Shown in pieces: positions 48,823-59,897 of a DNA stretch of 64,000 bases (its first letter is position 1; each line of letters begins with the position of its first letter). The DNA comes from Nibricoccus sp. (GTDB lineage Bacteria; Verrucomicrobiota; Verrucomicrobiia; Opitutales; Opitutaceae): assembly GCA_047602425.1 (NCBI GenBank), contig JASGHG010000001.1, positions 224,001 to 288,000 of the forward strand, given 5' to 3'. Below the pieces are notes generated by a model. It was given only the letters and a program-made list of their open reading frames with translations, did no database searches and was not told the origin of the DNA. Made by a program: the position numbers and the translations under genes.

Positions 48823-50115
48823 ATGATCACCGCGACGCATAGAGAAAACCCCGCGCCGTCTTCGGACGACACGGAAGCAGATGCGCCATTGGCATCGGGA
48901 AGCGTTTGGAATTCACCAGCGGCGTGGACCTCTTTCGCTGCGGGTTTTCTTACGCTATTCACGGTTTCGGTGGGCGGCGAAATGCCGGTCGGCGAGGTCC
49001 TGCTGGTGGTGACAGCAGGTTGGGTTGTTCTTTGCGCGCTGCTCAATCGCGCCTGGCCCTGCGCACTTTTAAAAAACAAATATCTCTGGGTGATGCTGGC
49101 CGCGCAATTGATCGCGCTTTGCGGCTACATTTTTTCAGATCTGTATCGCCAAAGTTTTCCCCGTGACATGGCGCGCGGTTGGAGCCGCATGATTTTCCTC
49201 GCGATCGACATTGTGGCGATCGCCTATCTTTTCGGCCGGTCCGCGCGGAATTTCACGGTTTTTCTCGTAGGACAATGTGTTGGTTGTGTCTGCAGCGCCA
49301 TCGTCCTCGGTCCCCTCTTTGGCGACATGTGGAAATTTGGCGTCGGCACGCCCGCCACCTTTCTCCTGTTCATGCTCGCGCCGCGCGCCGGTCCTTTGGT
49401 CACGGGGCTGGCGGCGCTTGGACTCGGGGTGGCTCATTTCGTCCTCGGTTTTCGGAGCATGGGCGGACTTTGCCTGCTCACGGGCGTGCTCACGGTTTTG
49501 CAGGGTTCCATTCCGGTAAAATCGCGCATTTGGCTGGCGCCCTTCGCGGCCACCGCCGCGGTGGCAGTCGTGCTGTGGGCCTCAACCCACACTTCCGGAC
49601 GCGAAGAACACGTCACCACTCGTTCAAACGTCGAACGCTCGGCCATGGTGACCGCGGCCATCGAGGCCATAAAGGAATCGCCTCTGATTGGCCATGGCTC
49701 CTGGTTCAGCAACACGGACGTGTACGACAATTTCATGTTGATCCGGCGGGAGTCGGCGCGCGAGGCGAACATCGGCGGGTTTCCTCAGGAGTATGAAGAT
49801 CCGGGCACGACAGCGATCCATTCACAACTCCTCGTCGCCGTCGCCGAAGGCGGGTTGTTTGGCGGCGCCTTCTTTTTCGTTTTCGGCGCGGGATTATTTC
49901 TGAGCGCCTTTAAGCTGGTCTTTTGGACGCGTTGGAACCGGTTCGCTCCGCTTTGCACACTGTTTCTGGCCTCGGCCATTTGGAGTTTGTTTTTCAACCC
50001 GTTTTCCGGAGCGCAACGGGTCTATATTGCGCTGGCGAGCGGATTGCTCCTTTTGCTCCAAACCGATAGTTTTGCTCCACACCTGAATGCGGGAGGCGAA
50101 CATGAAGCTGCTTAG
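48823..50115 (+). CDS. O-antigen ligase/Wzy-like polymerase
   Basis: Many TM segments; FRS, SNVER, SPLIGHG, IHSQLL...EGG; position in the cluster. Confidence 0.72.
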   Translation: MITATHRENPAPSSDDTEADAPLASGSVWNSPAAWTSFAAGFLTLFTVSVGGEMPVGEVLLVVTAGWVVLCALLNRAWPCALLKNKYLWVMLAAQLIALCGYIFSDLYRQSFPRDMARGWSRMIFLAIDIVAIAYLFGRSARNFTVFLVGQCVGCVCSAIVLGPLFGDMWKFGVGTPATFLLFMLAPRAGPLVTGLAALGLGVAHFVLGFRSMGGLCLLTGVLTVLQGSIPVKSRIWLAPFAATAAVAVVLWASTHTSGREEHVTTRSNVERSAMVTAAIEAIKESPLIGHGSWFSNTDVYDNFMLIRRESAREANIGGFPQEYEDPGTTAIHSQLLVAVAEGGLFGGAFFFVFGAGLFLSAFKLVFWTRWNRFAPLCTLFLASAIWSLFFNPFSGAQRVYIALASGLLLLLQTDSFAPHLNAGGEHEAA

Positions 50116-51496
50116 TTCCATCAGGAATCGCTTCGGCCGCCTGTCGAATCGTTCAAAAGCGATCGGCAAGTTTTTCGCCACCTCTTTGGCCGCCCGGGGC
50201 ATTGGCATCTCCTGCCAACTCATGCAAGTGCCCATCGCCATTGGCGCGCTCGGCTCGGAGTCCTTCGGACTTTGGATGACGCTCACGAGTATCGGCACGA
50301 TGATCACTTTCGCCGACTTCGGCTTGGGACAAGGTGCCCAGAACAAGCTTTCCGAAGCCTTCGCGGCCGGCGATGACCGCTTGGCACGCGAATTATTCGG
50401 CGGCGTCATGGTTCTGCTTGCGGGGATAGGTCTGCTTTTAGCGGTTTTAACCTGGTCGTTGGTTCCCAGACTGAACGTCGCGGCCTTGTTCAATCTCGCC
50501 AATCCGATCACGCGCGACCAGGCGCCCTTGGCGGTCGTGCTCACGCTGCTTCTGTTCTGCGCCAATTTCCCCTTCAGCCTTGCACAGCGACTGGCATACG
50601 GACGACAGCTCGGCTGGATGCACAATACCGCGCAAGCGCTCGGCAGCGTCGGCGCCCTCGGAGGCGTATTGCTGGCCACCCATTTTCACCTCGGCCTCGC
50701 GGCGTTCATCCTGGTCGCGCAACTGCCCCTCGTTCTGGCGAATGTCGGATTGCTCGTCCTCCAACTGGCGCAGCTACGCTGGCTTGACTTCCGCATCCTG
50801 CGGTGCCGTTGGACGACCTTGCAGAATTTTTTTGGCCTTGGGGTCTGTTTCGGCATTCAACAGGTGCAGCTCGTCCTGCTGACCGCGCTGCCGCAGGTGA
50901 TTATCTCCGGTGCCCTTGGCGCCGCCGCAGTCACGCCTTACAATCTCGCGCAGCGTCTCTTCAACCTGTTCGCCATCGTTCAGAACGCGCTCATGCTGCC
51001 CCTCTGGCCGGCCTACACGGACGCCAAGGCGCATGGCGATTTCAAATGGATCCGCCGGACACTGACTTTCTCCCTCGGCGCGACTCTCCTGTTGGCAATC
51101 GCTCCCATGGGTGTCGGCGCGTTTTTCGCACGGCCTGTGTTGGAGCTATGGGTGGGCCATGGCGCAACACTTCCTTCCGACGCGCTGCTCTGGCTTCTGT
51201 TTCTTTGGAATGCCCTGGTTTTCCTCCAACAAGCCATCGGCTATATGCTTGCCGGCATGTCGGAGGTTCGTCGGTTGACGATCTACGCTGTGGTGAGCAC
51301 AGCGGCCTGCGCCAGCCTGATGGTTCTGCTGGTACAGCGTTACGGACAGGAAGGCGTCGTCGTTGGAATGATCCTGGGTTTTATGCCTTACCTTCTGTTC
51401 GGCAATATCGCGGAAGCTTTGCGTTTTTTCCGCCAGCATCACGCTGAGCCCGCGGTGGGCTCCATCATCGGGGAAACACCGCCAGCCACCTCGTGA
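50102..51496 (+). CDS. Wzx/MOP-family oligosaccharide flippase
   Basis: LG.E.FGLW, FADFGLG, LGAAAVTPY.LAQRLF, PLWPAY; about 12 TM segments. Confidence 0.85.
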   Translation: MKLLSSIRNRFGRLSNRSKAIGKFFATSLAARGIGISCQLMQVPIAIGALGSESFGLWMTLTSIGTMITFADFGLGQGAQNKLSEAFAAGDDRLARELFGGVMVLLAGIGLLLAVLTWSLVPRLNVAALFNLANPITRDQAPLAVVLTLLLFCANFPFSLAQRLAYGRQLGWMHNTAQALGSVGALGGVLLATHFHLGLAAFILVAQLPLVLANVGLLVLQLAQLRWLDFRILRCRWTTLQNFFGLGVCFGIQQVQLVLLTALPQVIISGALGAAAVTPYNLAQRLFNLFAIVQNALMLPLWPAYTDAKAHGDFKWIRRTLTFSLGATLLLAIAPMGVGAFFARPVLELWVGHGATLPSDALLWLLFLWNALVFLQQAIGYMLAGMSEVRRLTIYAVVSTAACASLMVLLVQRYGQEGVVVGMILGFMPYLLFGNIAEALRFFRQHHAEPAVGSIIGETPPATS

Positions 51497-52860
51497 ACAC
51501 CACGCATATGTCACACACGATCGTCAACGACTCCATGAGCGTCTCCCATCAGGAAGCTGCAACCGCGAGTTCGAGTTCGAACTTGAAGGTGATGCAGGTC
51601 TGCACCAGCGCGTTTCGTGGCGGAGCCGGGAAAGCCGCGTATCGTCTCCATCGCGCGTTGCCGGCCGAAGGCGTTTCTTCCCGCATGATGGTGGCGCAGC
51701 GTTTCAGCCGTGATGAAGAGACGCTCGAATACAATCCCATTGCGCCAGCTCCCGCCGCGCTGGGTCGGTTTTTCTTCCGCGCCGTGAGACGGTGGCACCG
51801 CCCTTCCTTTCGCAAAGCCGGCGCCTATTTCACGCTCGATCGGACTCCCATCGGTCTGCGACTTCCCTCGCAATTACCGCCTTGCGACGTGGCGAATCTT
51901 CACTGGGTCGCGGATCTGTTTGACTATGGCACGCTGCCAAAACTAACGCAGCGCGTTCCGTTGGTTTGGACGTTCCACGACATGAACGTCTTCACCGGCG
52001 GCTGCCACTATACGGGGTCTTGCGAACGCTACACAGCGCAATGCGGCAAATGTCCCCAGCTAAAAACGTCCAAAGGCGAAAACGACATGACCCGCCAGGT
52101 CATGAATCGAAAACTGGCGATCATGGAAAAAATCCATCCCGCCCGCGTCACGATTGTATGCCCCAGCCAATGGCTGGCGAACGAGGTGGAGCGCAGCCTC
52201 CTTTGCAAGCGCTTCAACGTGCATGTAATTCCCAACGGGATCGAACTCGAAGATTTCTATCCGGTGGAAAAAACCGAAGCACGCCGCCGTCTCGATCTAC
52301 CCGCAACCGCTAAAATTGTGCTCTTCGTCGCCGAAAATCTTTCCGATCCACGCAAGGGTTTCGCTTCGTTTATCGATACGATTGGAATCGCTCGCGATAT
52401 CCCCGATCTCCTGATCCTCACACTGGGCCGCGGCGTCAATTCGCAGCTCACCGGCCCCGCATTCCGCCACCTCGGCGAGTTGCACGATCTTGAAACCTTG
52501 CGCACCGCGTATAGCGCGGCCGATGTGTTCGCCAATACTTCCCTGCAGGACAATCTTCCCAATACCATTCTCGAATCGATGGCCTGCGGCACGCCTGTGG
52601 CCGGCTTTCAGACCGGCGGAATCGGCGAAGCCGTCAGGGATGGACATACCGGATTGCTCGCGCCCATCGGCAACACCGCCGCCCTTGCGCGCGCGATGCT
52701 GCAAATTCTCACCAATGCCGAGTTGAGACAAATATTCTCCAATGCGTCGCGTCACCGCGTTGAACACGAATATACAACAAAGTTGCAGGCCGCGCGGTAT
52801 GCCAAGCTGTACCAAAAAACCGTCTGGCTAAACCAGTCGCTTAATCCAACTCCGATGTGA
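51493..52860 (+). CDS. GT4 glycosyltransferase (WcaC-like)
   Basis: GGAGKAAYRLH, NLHW, VWTFHD..FTGGCHY...CGKCPQL, PSQWL, DPRKG, DNLPNTILESMACGTPV. Confidence 0.9.
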   Translation: MNTTHMSHTIVNDSMSVSHQEAATASSSSNLKVMQVCTSAFRGGAGKAAYRLHRALPAEGVSSRMMVAQRFSRDEETLEYNPIAPAPAALGRFFFRAVRRWHRPSFRKAGAYFTLDRTPIGLRLPSQLPPCDVANLHWVADLFDYGTLPKLTQRVPLVWTFHDMNVFTGGCHYTGSCERYTAQCGKCPQLKTSKGENDMTRQVMNRKLAIMEKIHPARVTIVCPSQWLANEVERSLLCKRFNVHVIPNGIELEDFYPVEKTEARRRLDLPATAKIVLFVAENLSDPRKGFASFIDTIGIARDIPDLLILTLGRGVNSQLTGPAFRHLGELHDLETLRTAYSAADVFANTSLQDNLPNTILESMACGTPVAGFQTGGIGEAVRDGHTGLLAPIGNTAALARAMLQILTNAELRQIFSNASRHRVEHEYTTKLQAARYAKLYQKTVWLNQSLNPTPM

Positions 52861-54614
52861 AAACGAATATACAGATATTTCGATTTTTGCCGCTGTTGGC
52901 GCTGGTCGCGTCCGTGAATTTAATTCCTGCCGCGCACGGAGAAGTTTTGCCAGACGACCGACGGTTCGGCGCGATGACCCATTTTGCGCATGGATGGGAT
53001 CCGCGGCGGGTCTCGGCCGCCGAACAAGCGGCGATTCCTTCCGTGCGCGACGAATTGTACTGGCAGGACGTCGAGTCCGAAAAAGGCCGTTTTGCCTTTC
53101 CGGCAAGTTACGATCGCTACATGGCCGCACTCGCCGAAAAGCATATAGAGCCGCTTATTATTTTAAGCTATGAGAACAAAAACTACGATGACGGCTCCAC
53201 CCCCTACACCGACGCAGGTATCGCGGCTTTCGCCCGGTACGCCGTCGAGGTCTTGAAGCGCTACGGCAGCCAGATCAAAGCCGTCGAGGTATGGAATGAA
53301 TATAATGGCACTTTCTGCAAGGGCCCGGCAGTCCAGGACCGACCTGGAAATTATCTGCGCATGCTGCGCGCTGTATATATTGCGGTTAAAAAAGAACGTC
53401 CTGACGTGCTCGTGATTGGAGGTGGAACCAGTGGCATTCCCCTGCCTTATTGGAAATCGCTTCTCGCCGGCGGAGCGCTGGACTTCGTCGATGCGCTCTC
53501 GGTCCATCCTTACCGCTATTCCCTCGCGCCAGAGGGATTGGAACAAGAAATCGTCGGGTTGAGGCAATTGGTGGCAAAGTACAACGAAGGTCGCACAAAA
53601 CCGATCTGGGTGACCGAAATTGGCTGGTACACCAAATCGAGCACCGCGCCCGGCGATCTCGAGATCGACGATTTAACCCAGGCAAAATTTTTGGTCCGAA
53701 GCTATGCGCTGCTTCTCTCAGCGGGTGTGGAGCGCGTCTATTGGTATTTGCTACACGATTACAAGACGCTGAATATGGGTCTATACAAGGATGACGCCAA
53801 GCTGACTATAAAGCCCGCGGGCACTGCCCTGAAGACGATGGTGGAACAATTGCGCGGCGCAAAATTCGTCAAAATGGAAATCACCGCCTCGGGGGTGTAT
53901 TCACTGGTGTTCGCTCGGCAACCGGGCGACGAAGTCCGCGTCATGTGGTCGCTTACGCCGACAGCCGTCCCGGTCAAGAATGGTTTGTCCGTCGCAGTCG
54001 ATATCGCGGGAAGTTCCGTTGACGTTCGCGATGCCCTGCATCTCACCGATTCACCGCTCTTCGTCACGGGCGCAGCGCCGGCCGTCCCCCGGCCCGCGAT
54101 TTCCATGAGCAGAACTTTGACCGATTCCATCCGCGATTTCGCCGCACAACAGGGAAATCAAGGATGGTCCTATGGCGTTTTTGTTGGCGATTCCACCCGG
54201 TTCGTCTCGTTATCCAGTTTTAACACCACCAATTGGACCGAGGGCTGGGGCGGTCAATATCCGTATCTTACCGTAACTGCTCACGATCAGCACCCATCGC
54301 TCGACGGAAAAACGCCGGTGGCGGCCGTGCGCCGCTGGGAAAGCAACATGAGTGGCACCGCCCGGATCAAGGGTGAGTTTCGTTGTGGCACTCAAGGTGA
54401 CGGTGTCGGCGTGAGCATCCTCGTCGACGGAACCCGCCGTTTTAGAAAACTGCTCGGAGGCAATACCGGGCAGCCAATTTTGGAGTCCTTCGATTTGCAG
54501 GTGGGGGTGCAGCCGGGAACTGCAATTGATTTCGCCGTGGATCCCGGTCCGACCGCCGACATCAGCTACGATTCAACCACAGTGTCCGTAACCATTAAAG
54601 AGGAGACGCAATAA
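52857..54614 (+). CDS. Secreted clan GH-A glycoside hydrolase (GH39/GH5-like) within EPS operon
   Basis: Signal peptide; VRDE.YW, EVWNE, SVHPY, IWVTEIGW, RVYWY. Confidence 0.8.
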   Translation: MKTNIQIFRFLPLLALVASVNLIPAAHGEVLPDDRRFGAMTHFAHGWDPRRVSAAEQAAIPSVRDELYWQDVESEKGRFAFPASYDRYMAALAEKHIEPLIILSYENKNYDDGSTPYTDAGIAAFARYAVEVLKRYGSQIKAVEVWNEYNGTFCKGPAVQDRPGNYLRMLRAVYIAVKKERPDVLVIGGGTSGIPLPYWKSLLAGGALDFVDALSVHPYRYSLAPEGLEQEIVGLRQLVAKYNEGRTKPIWVTEIGWYTKSSTAPGDLEIDDLTQAKFLVRSYALLLSAGVERVYWYLLHDYKTLNMGLYKDDAKLTIKPAGTALKTMVEQLRGAKFVKMEITASGVYSLVFARQPGDEVRVMWSLTPTAVPVKNGLSVAVDIAGSSVDVRDALHLTDSPLFVTGAAPAVPRPAISMSRTLTDSIRDFAAQQGNQGWSYGVFVGDSTRFVSLSSFNTTNWTEGWGGQYPYLTVTAHDQHPSLDGKTPVAAVRRWESNMSGTARIKGEFRCGTQGDGVGVSILVDGTRRFRKLLGGNTGQPILESFDLQVGVQPGTAIDFAVDPGPTADISYDSTTVSVTIKEETQ

Positions 54615-55444
54615 TGTCGGCCTACCGTCGAATTTTAGTCATCACACCGACCTTGGCAGAGTCTCCGTTCCTGGATGCAACCGTAAAGTCGGTTTCCACC
54701 CAACTGGTGGACGTTCTCCATGTGCTTTCCGCACCGGCCGGCAAAGTGCAGGCATTGCGTGCGAGATATCCCAACCTCCAGGTGGTGCCCGATGCCGGCA
54801 AAGCCGGAGGAATCTATGGAGCCCTCAATGCCGCACTTGGTTCCGTTTCTGGCGATTGGGACTGGTTCACCTACATCAATGACGACGATCTTCTGCTGCC
54901 CGGTTTCAGCGAGGCGGTCTATCGTCATCTCGTTTCGGGCGCTCCGGGATCGGTAATCTACGGCGACGTCGCCATGATCGATGAAGAGGGCCGGCCTATT
55001 TCCATGATCACTGTGGAACGCAACCCCGCGTGGATTCCCGCCTTGCTGAAACAGGGCATCAGCCCGCTCATGCAGCAAGGCATGCTCTTCCGACGCGAAA
55101 CGGTGATGGAACTGGAAGGTTTTGACCTGCGCTACCGACTTTGCGCCGACCTTGATTTTTGGCTCCGAGCTTTGGTTTCAGGCGCAATTTTCCGCTACTA
55201 TCCGCTCAAAGTGGCGCAATTCCGTCTTCGCAGCGGGCAACTCTCGGGCAACACCGAGCTTACCATACGCGAGCAGGATGAGATCGTGAAACAGCATCTG
55301 CCTGGCACATATTCCTACCTGCAAAAACTGGCTGCGCGCTGGCAATACCGGGCCAGCAATCTGCCGCGCTACCTGGCCAGGCTGCGCACGCACGGCTTTC
55401 GGACGAGTTATCAACTGCTCGAGAGCAAGCCGAAAACATCATGA
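54614..55444 (+). CDS. GT2 glycosyltransferase
   Basis: VITPT, GIYGALN, YINDDDLL, IYGD, FD..YRLCADLDFWLR. Confidence 0.88.
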   Translation: MSAYRRILVITPTLAESPFLDATVKSVSTQLVDVLHVLSAPAGKVQALRARYPNLQVVPDAGKAGGIYGALNAALGSVSGDWDWFTYINDDDLLLPGFSEAVYRHLVSGAPGSVIYGDVAMIDEEGRPISMITVERNPAWIPALLKQGISPLMQQGMLFRRETVMELEGFDLRYRLCADLDFWLRALVSGAIFRYYPLKVAQFRLRSGQLSGNTELTIREQDEIVKQHLPGTYSYLQKLAARWQYRASNLPRYLARLRTHGFRTSYQLLESKPKTS

Positions 55445-56739
55445 CTGACGAACCACCAGAAATCGTTATTCTCAACGACTATGCCTCGCCCACCGGCGGT
55501 TCGTCGGCGGTTGCGATCGCGTCTGCGATCGGGTTGGCCGAGCAGGGGTTTCCTGTGACCTACTTCAGCTGCGTCAGCCCCATCGCGCCACAACTCCAGG
55601 GCAAAACCAATCTGAGAGTCGTCTGCCTTAAACAATCTGATATCGGCAAATCCTCCAGCCGCGCAAAGGCCGGTTTCTCCGGCATACGTAACGCCAGGGC
55701 TGTCGCCGCCCTGCGCGCGATCCTTGCGCCCAAATCCCGCGAGAAGACCATTGTTCACGCGCACACCTGGAGCCAGGCTCTTTCGCCGTTCGCCCTGACG
55801 GCGGCCACCGATTTGGGTTTTCGGCTGGTGATTACGCTGCACGATTTTTTCACCGCCTGCCCGAACGGACAGTTTTTCGTATATCCGCGAAAGGAAATTT
55901 GTCAGCGGAAACCCCTCTCGTTCGCTTGCTGGCGTTGCAATTGTGACCGGCGACACTTCGGCCACAAACTTTGGCGCAACGCCCGGATGGCGCTTCAAAC
56001 CAATATCCTCCGGGTGCCGGCGAAAACGTCCTATTTTATTGGCGTGTCCGATTTCAGCCTGAACATTTTGCGGCCTCACCTCCCCGCGTCGATTCCTGCC
56101 CGAGTCATTCACAATCCTGTGGACTGCGAACAGCTCACGCCCGCACCCGTCGCGGAGAACCAGGATTTTTTCTTCGTCGGTCGTTTTGAGCAGGAAAAAG
56201 GGGCTCTCCTTTTCGCGCAAGCGGTCGAGGCCGCAGGCGCAAATGCGACCTTTGTCGGTGACGGCAGCCTATTGCCCGCTTTGCGAGCCGCCTGCCCTCG
56301 CGGCCGGTTCAGCGGCTGGCTGCCTCCGGAAAAACTCCGCGCTCATCTGCAAACCGCAAGGGCATTGGTCTTTCCTTCGTTGTGGTATGAGACATTGGGC
56401 TTGGTGGCAATTGAAGCGCTCGCCCTGGGTGTGCCTGTCATCGTCTCAGATCGCGGCGCCGCCACTGACTTCGTTTCTCATGGCGTCAATGGTTTGCACT
56501 TTTCCCATGGTTCGGCACAAGCGCTTGCCGCACAAATATTGGCTTTGAAAAACGACAGCCAATTCGCCGCTCGCCTCGGTCGGGCCGGCTATGACGGCTA
56601 CTGGCAGGACCCGTGGACCGTGACACGCCACGTCAACAAACTTATCGATATCTACAATACGGTCAGTGAGCCCATCCCTTCCGAAATTCCAAAAGGAGAT
56701 TATTATGAAAGTACTGGTGGTATCCGAACCCGGGGTTGA
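55441..56739 (+). CDS. GT4 glycosyltransferase
   Basis: TLHDFF.ACP, FVGRF..EKG, FPSLWYETLGLVAIEALALGVPV. Confidence 0.9.
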   Translation: MTDEPPEIVILNDYASPTGGSSAVAIASAIGLAEQGFPVTYFSCVSPIAPQLQGKTNLRVVCLKQSDIGKSSSRAKAGFSGIRNARAVAALRAILAPKSREKTIVHAHTWSQALSPFALTAATDLGFRLVITLHDFFTACPNGQFFVYPRKEICQRKPLSFACWRCNCDRRHFGHKLWRNARMALQTNILRVPAKTSYFIGVSDFSLNILRPHLPASIPARVIHNPVDCEQLTPAPVAENQDFFFVGRFEQEKGALLFAQAVEAAGANATFVGDGSLLPALRAACPRGRFSGWLPPEKLRAHLQTARALVFPSLWYETLGLVAIEALALGVPVIVSDRGAATDFVSHGVNGLHFSHGSAQALAAQILALKNDSQFAARLGRAGYDGYWQDPWTVTRHVNKLIDIYNTVSEPIPSEIPKGDYYESTGGIRTRG

Positions 56740-57913
56740 TGGCGTTTTTCGCTATGTGGAATCGCTCTGTCATTTTTTGATCGAGCATGACGTTGAAGTG
56801 AATCTGGCCTATTCGGACCGTCGCGCTTGCGACCGTCTATACATGCTGGTTAGATGGATCGAGGAACGTGGCGGCGAGACCGTCAATCTTCACACGGGAA
56901 ATCGCCCCGCCCTCTCCGATTTAAACGCCCTCCAGTCGTTATACAAACTAGCTCGAAAACTCCAGCCCGACGTTATCCATAGTCATAGCTCCAAGGCTGG
57001 AGCTCTCGCTCGCATTTTGCCGTGTTTTGGAATCAAGGCGGTCCAGTTCTACAATCCCCACGCCTACGTCGGCATGCGCCCGCAGGCGGGAAAATTCGAC
57101 TGGCTCTACAACTTCATCGAGGGCCAGCTCGGCCGGAGAAACCGAACCATTGTTTCATCTACAGACGAAAAGAAATTCGCGCGGCAGCGCCTCGGTATTC
57201 CCGCGGCGCGCATCCATCACTTACCCAACGGTGTGGATACGGACGTGTTTTCCCCCGTCTCTCACGAGGAGAAATGCCGCTTGCGCGAAAAACTCGGCTT
57301 GCCGGTTTCGCGTCCCATTCTGGGATTTATCGGTCGCTCCTCCGCGCAAAAGGATCCGCTGACGCTTTATCGGGCCTTCATGAAAGTGGCGAAAAAAAAT
57401 CCTGTTGTGCTTTTCCATGTCGGTCGCGGTGAGTTGGACGCCGAATTGGACGCCTTGGTGGAAAGTTCAGACATGAGCGCGCGCGTTCACCGCGTTCCCT
57501 ACATGTCGACCCCCGCTGATTTTTACCGCGTGGTGGACGGGTTCATCCTCACTTCGCGGTACGAGGGCTTCTCCATCGCCGCCCTCGAAGCGATTTCGGC
57601 CAACCTGCCAGTGATTCTAAGCCAATCGCCCGGCAATATGGATTTGCTGGCGCAACCGTTGTCACATGCATGGAGCGCGCGGATTGGCGATGTCGATGGG
57701 TTTGCATTCGGCATAGAGGAATGGTTTTCTGCAATTCAATCTCCCAAACCAATCAACCACCGCCAAATCGCTTCCGCGGAATACGATCAACAGGAGAAGT
57801 TCGGGATATTGCTGGGGCTTTATCATGACCTCGCGGGAACAGGCTCCAGCCGGGTGCCTGCGACGTCCGACGCCTTGCCATCCTTCCTTCCGCAAGAAAA
57901 ACTGTCGCGCTAA
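56705..57913 (+). CDS. GT4 glycosyltransferase
   Basis: HSHSSKAG, PNGVD, IGR..QKDP, TSRYEG...LEA; ATG 56705. Confidence 0.9.
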   Translation: MKVLVVSEPGVDGVFRYVESLCHFLIEHDVEVNLAYSDRRACDRLYMLVRWIEERGGETVNLHTGNRPALSDLNALQSLYKLARKLQPDVIHSHSSKAGALARILPCFGIKAVQFYNPHAYVGMRPQAGKFDWLYNFIEGQLGRRNRTIVSSTDEKKFARQRLGIPAARIHHLPNGVDTDVFSPVSHEEKCRLREKLGLPVSRPILGFIGRSSAQKDPLTLYRAFMKVAKKNPVVLFHVGRGELDAELDALVESSDMSARVHRVPYMSTPADFYRVVDGFILTSRYEGFSIAALEAISANLPVILSQSPGNMDLLAQPLSHAWSARIGDVDGFAFGIEEWFSAIQSPKPINHRQIASAEYDQQEKFGILLGLYHDLAGTGSSRVPATSDALPSFLPQEKLSR

Positions 57914-57931
57914 CAAAGGCGCGCGGCTAAA

Positions 57932-58576
57932 TCAAAAAACGCTTTGCGCCACGGTGATGACATCGCCGGGCAATACCTGGAATGCGGAATCCTTGTGGCC
58001 ACTCGCCATCCGTCGCGCGTTCAAGCGAATGGTTTGGTCGTCTCCATTGGTTTTCCGCATCACCACGACATTTGTAGGATTCGCAATGCGGGTATAACCA
58101 CCCGCCATGCCAATCGCCTCCAACAATGTGACTTCCCGCTGATCGGGCATGTCATAGGAGCCAGGTTTCTGGACTTCGCCCAAAACCGTGAACCTCCGTT
58201 TGGAAAATTCGGTGATCGTCACGCTGACTTGGGGATCGACCAAATAACCGCGGCCAAGGCGATCCCTGATGGTTTGGGCTGCCTGCTGCGTCGTCATGCC
58301 TCCCACCCGCACTACCCCAATCAGAGGGAAAATGATCGTACCTTCGTTCGATACCCGCACGGTCGTTTTAAGATCCGTTTCCTGAAACACAATAATTTCA
58401 AGCACGTCGGTCGACAGGATTTTATAGTCGTTCACCGCGATCGTGGGTTCCGGCTGCGCCAGGGGCTTTTCCTGGCTCGTCTCCTTCGCAGCGGGCTTAT
58501 GGCGGGAAAACAGGCAACCTGGCAATGACGTCGCCACGACCATGCAAAATACGACCGCACAAGCGGGTCTAACCAT
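57932..58576 (-). CDS. Polysaccharide export lipoprotein (Wza/OPX family)
   Basis: Lipobox LPGC; Y.I..TDVL.I.VFQE, G.I.FPLIG, VDPQVSV, VLGEVQKPG, LLEAIGMAGG, PGDVITV. Start ATG 58576. Confidence 0.9.
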   Translation of the reverse strand: MVRPACAVVFCMVVATSLPGCLFSRHKPAAKETSQEKPLAQPEPTIAVNDYKILSTDVLEIIVFQETDLKTTVRVSNEGTIIFPLIGVVRVGGMTTQQAAQTIRDRLGRGYLVDPQVSVTITEFSKRRFTVLGEVQKPGSYDMPDQREVTLLEAIGMAGGYTRIANPTNVVVMRKTNGDDQTIRLNARRMASGHKDSAFQVLPGDVITVAQSVF

Positions 58577-58586
58577 TCCTGATCGT

Positions 58587-59897
58587 CTAAAAAAGAAACG
58601 CTGCAGAAATGCCAGCCAGGTTGCTGGTAAAGTTAAACGTCGATAAGGAAGAATCGTTTTCCCGATGTTCATAAAAAATTTCGATGGTTCCATGCCGGGT
58701 CACCTCCCGTGCGAGGGAGGCTCGATAATAATAGTAATCGTCTTGTCGCTCCACCGCCACTGCCGGTTGGTTATTTTCGTACTCGTTTTGGACATAACCG
58801 CCCGAGAGTTTCAGATAGTATCTTTGCAACAACCGCTGCCGGATGCTCGCCGTGTAAATGGTCCCCACGATGTTTTCTCCGGCATATTCAGCGGACGCCG
58901 TGGTCGTGCGGTTTACGTCGATCGTGACCAGCAACCCATCCGTGGCTTGATAGCTGCTGTTCACGTCGAAAATAAAGTGGGTCCGGTCTTCGAGATCCCC
59001 GCTGTATTGCCGCAACTCACCGCCTACCTGACCGGCGAACGACAATTTTCCGCCAGGCAAATATTTTATTTGCAGCACCGCTTGCTCATAGGTTTGTCCC
59101 GATCCATTGGTTGTGTCGAGATAGCCGCCAGAAGCTTGTATTCCGATGAGCGTCTTCGAAGCGATTTGATAATCCAAATAGCCGCTCAAACGTCCGTCAG
59201 TCGAATCGTGTCCGCCGGAATACTCCGCGCGTTTTCCTAGGATGCGAACTCCGCCGCTCACCTTCCCGGTCATCTGGTAGGCTGCTGAACCATCCGCTGT
59301 ATAGAAAGTCTGCTTGATGCGCCGCCCCACATCTATGTTCGGCACGGATTCATTTTGGAAATGAAGTTCGCCCCGACAATTCCACAATCCTCCCTCCCTC
59401 CGGCCCGCCAGTCTGAAATCATGATTTATGGCATCCTCGTCGTGATATTTGGAGAACACCACGAACTCCGGCATGTAACCGGCGTAAATGAAATTCTTCC
59501 ATGGCAGCCCTTCGTCGCCGGTCTCCCTCAGGAAATGGGGGGCGGCGGCAAATGCGTCCAATTCACCCCGAAAATTTCCGCGGCCGAAAAACAACATCGG
59601 AGCAATTTGTGCGTACCAATCGGTCTTTTCATCCTCCGCGGTGATAAAAATATTATCGTCATGAATGACGGTCGTGGAAATCCCCGCCAAAAATTTCCAT
59701 GGCGATTGCTGATCGGACACCGGGTCCGGATTTGTCGCTTGAGCCTGGTTTTCGTCCGCCGCGGTGGCTGGATCAAGCGAGCCAACCAACAAGAGTATGC
59801 AGGTCAGAAATGAACAGGCCCTTGTTCCAATCGCGGTCGCAAAATGCAAAAAGTCCGCCGCAGCTCCCCAATTCCCGTAATTCCTCGCCGATTTCAT
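58587..59897 (-). CDS. Outer-membrane beta-barrel protein associated with polysaccharide export
   Basis: Signal peptide, HDDNIF, alternating aromatic beta-strands, C-terminal Phe; adjacent to OPX gene. Confidence 0.8.
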   Translation of the reverse strand: MKSARNYGNWGAAADFLHFATAIGTRACSFLTCILLLVGSLDPATAADENQAQATNPDPVSDQQSPWKFLAGISTTVIHDDNIFITAEDEKTDWYAQIAPMLFFGRGNFRGELDAFAAAPHFLRETGDEGLPWKNFIYAGYMPEFVVFSKYHDEDAINHDFRLAGRREGGLWNCRGELHFQNESVPNIDVGRRIKQTFYTADGSAAYQMTGKVSGGVRILGKRAEYSGGHDSTDGRLSGYLDYQIASKTLIGIQASGGYLDTTNGSGQTYEQAVLQIKYLPGGKLSFAGQVGGELRQYSGDLEDRTHFIFDVNSSYQATDGLLVTIDVNRTTTASAEYAGENIVGTIYTASIRQRLLQRYYLKLSGGYVQNEYENNQPAVAVERQDDYYYYRASLAREVTRHGTIEIFYEHRENDSSLSTFNFTSNLAGISAAFLF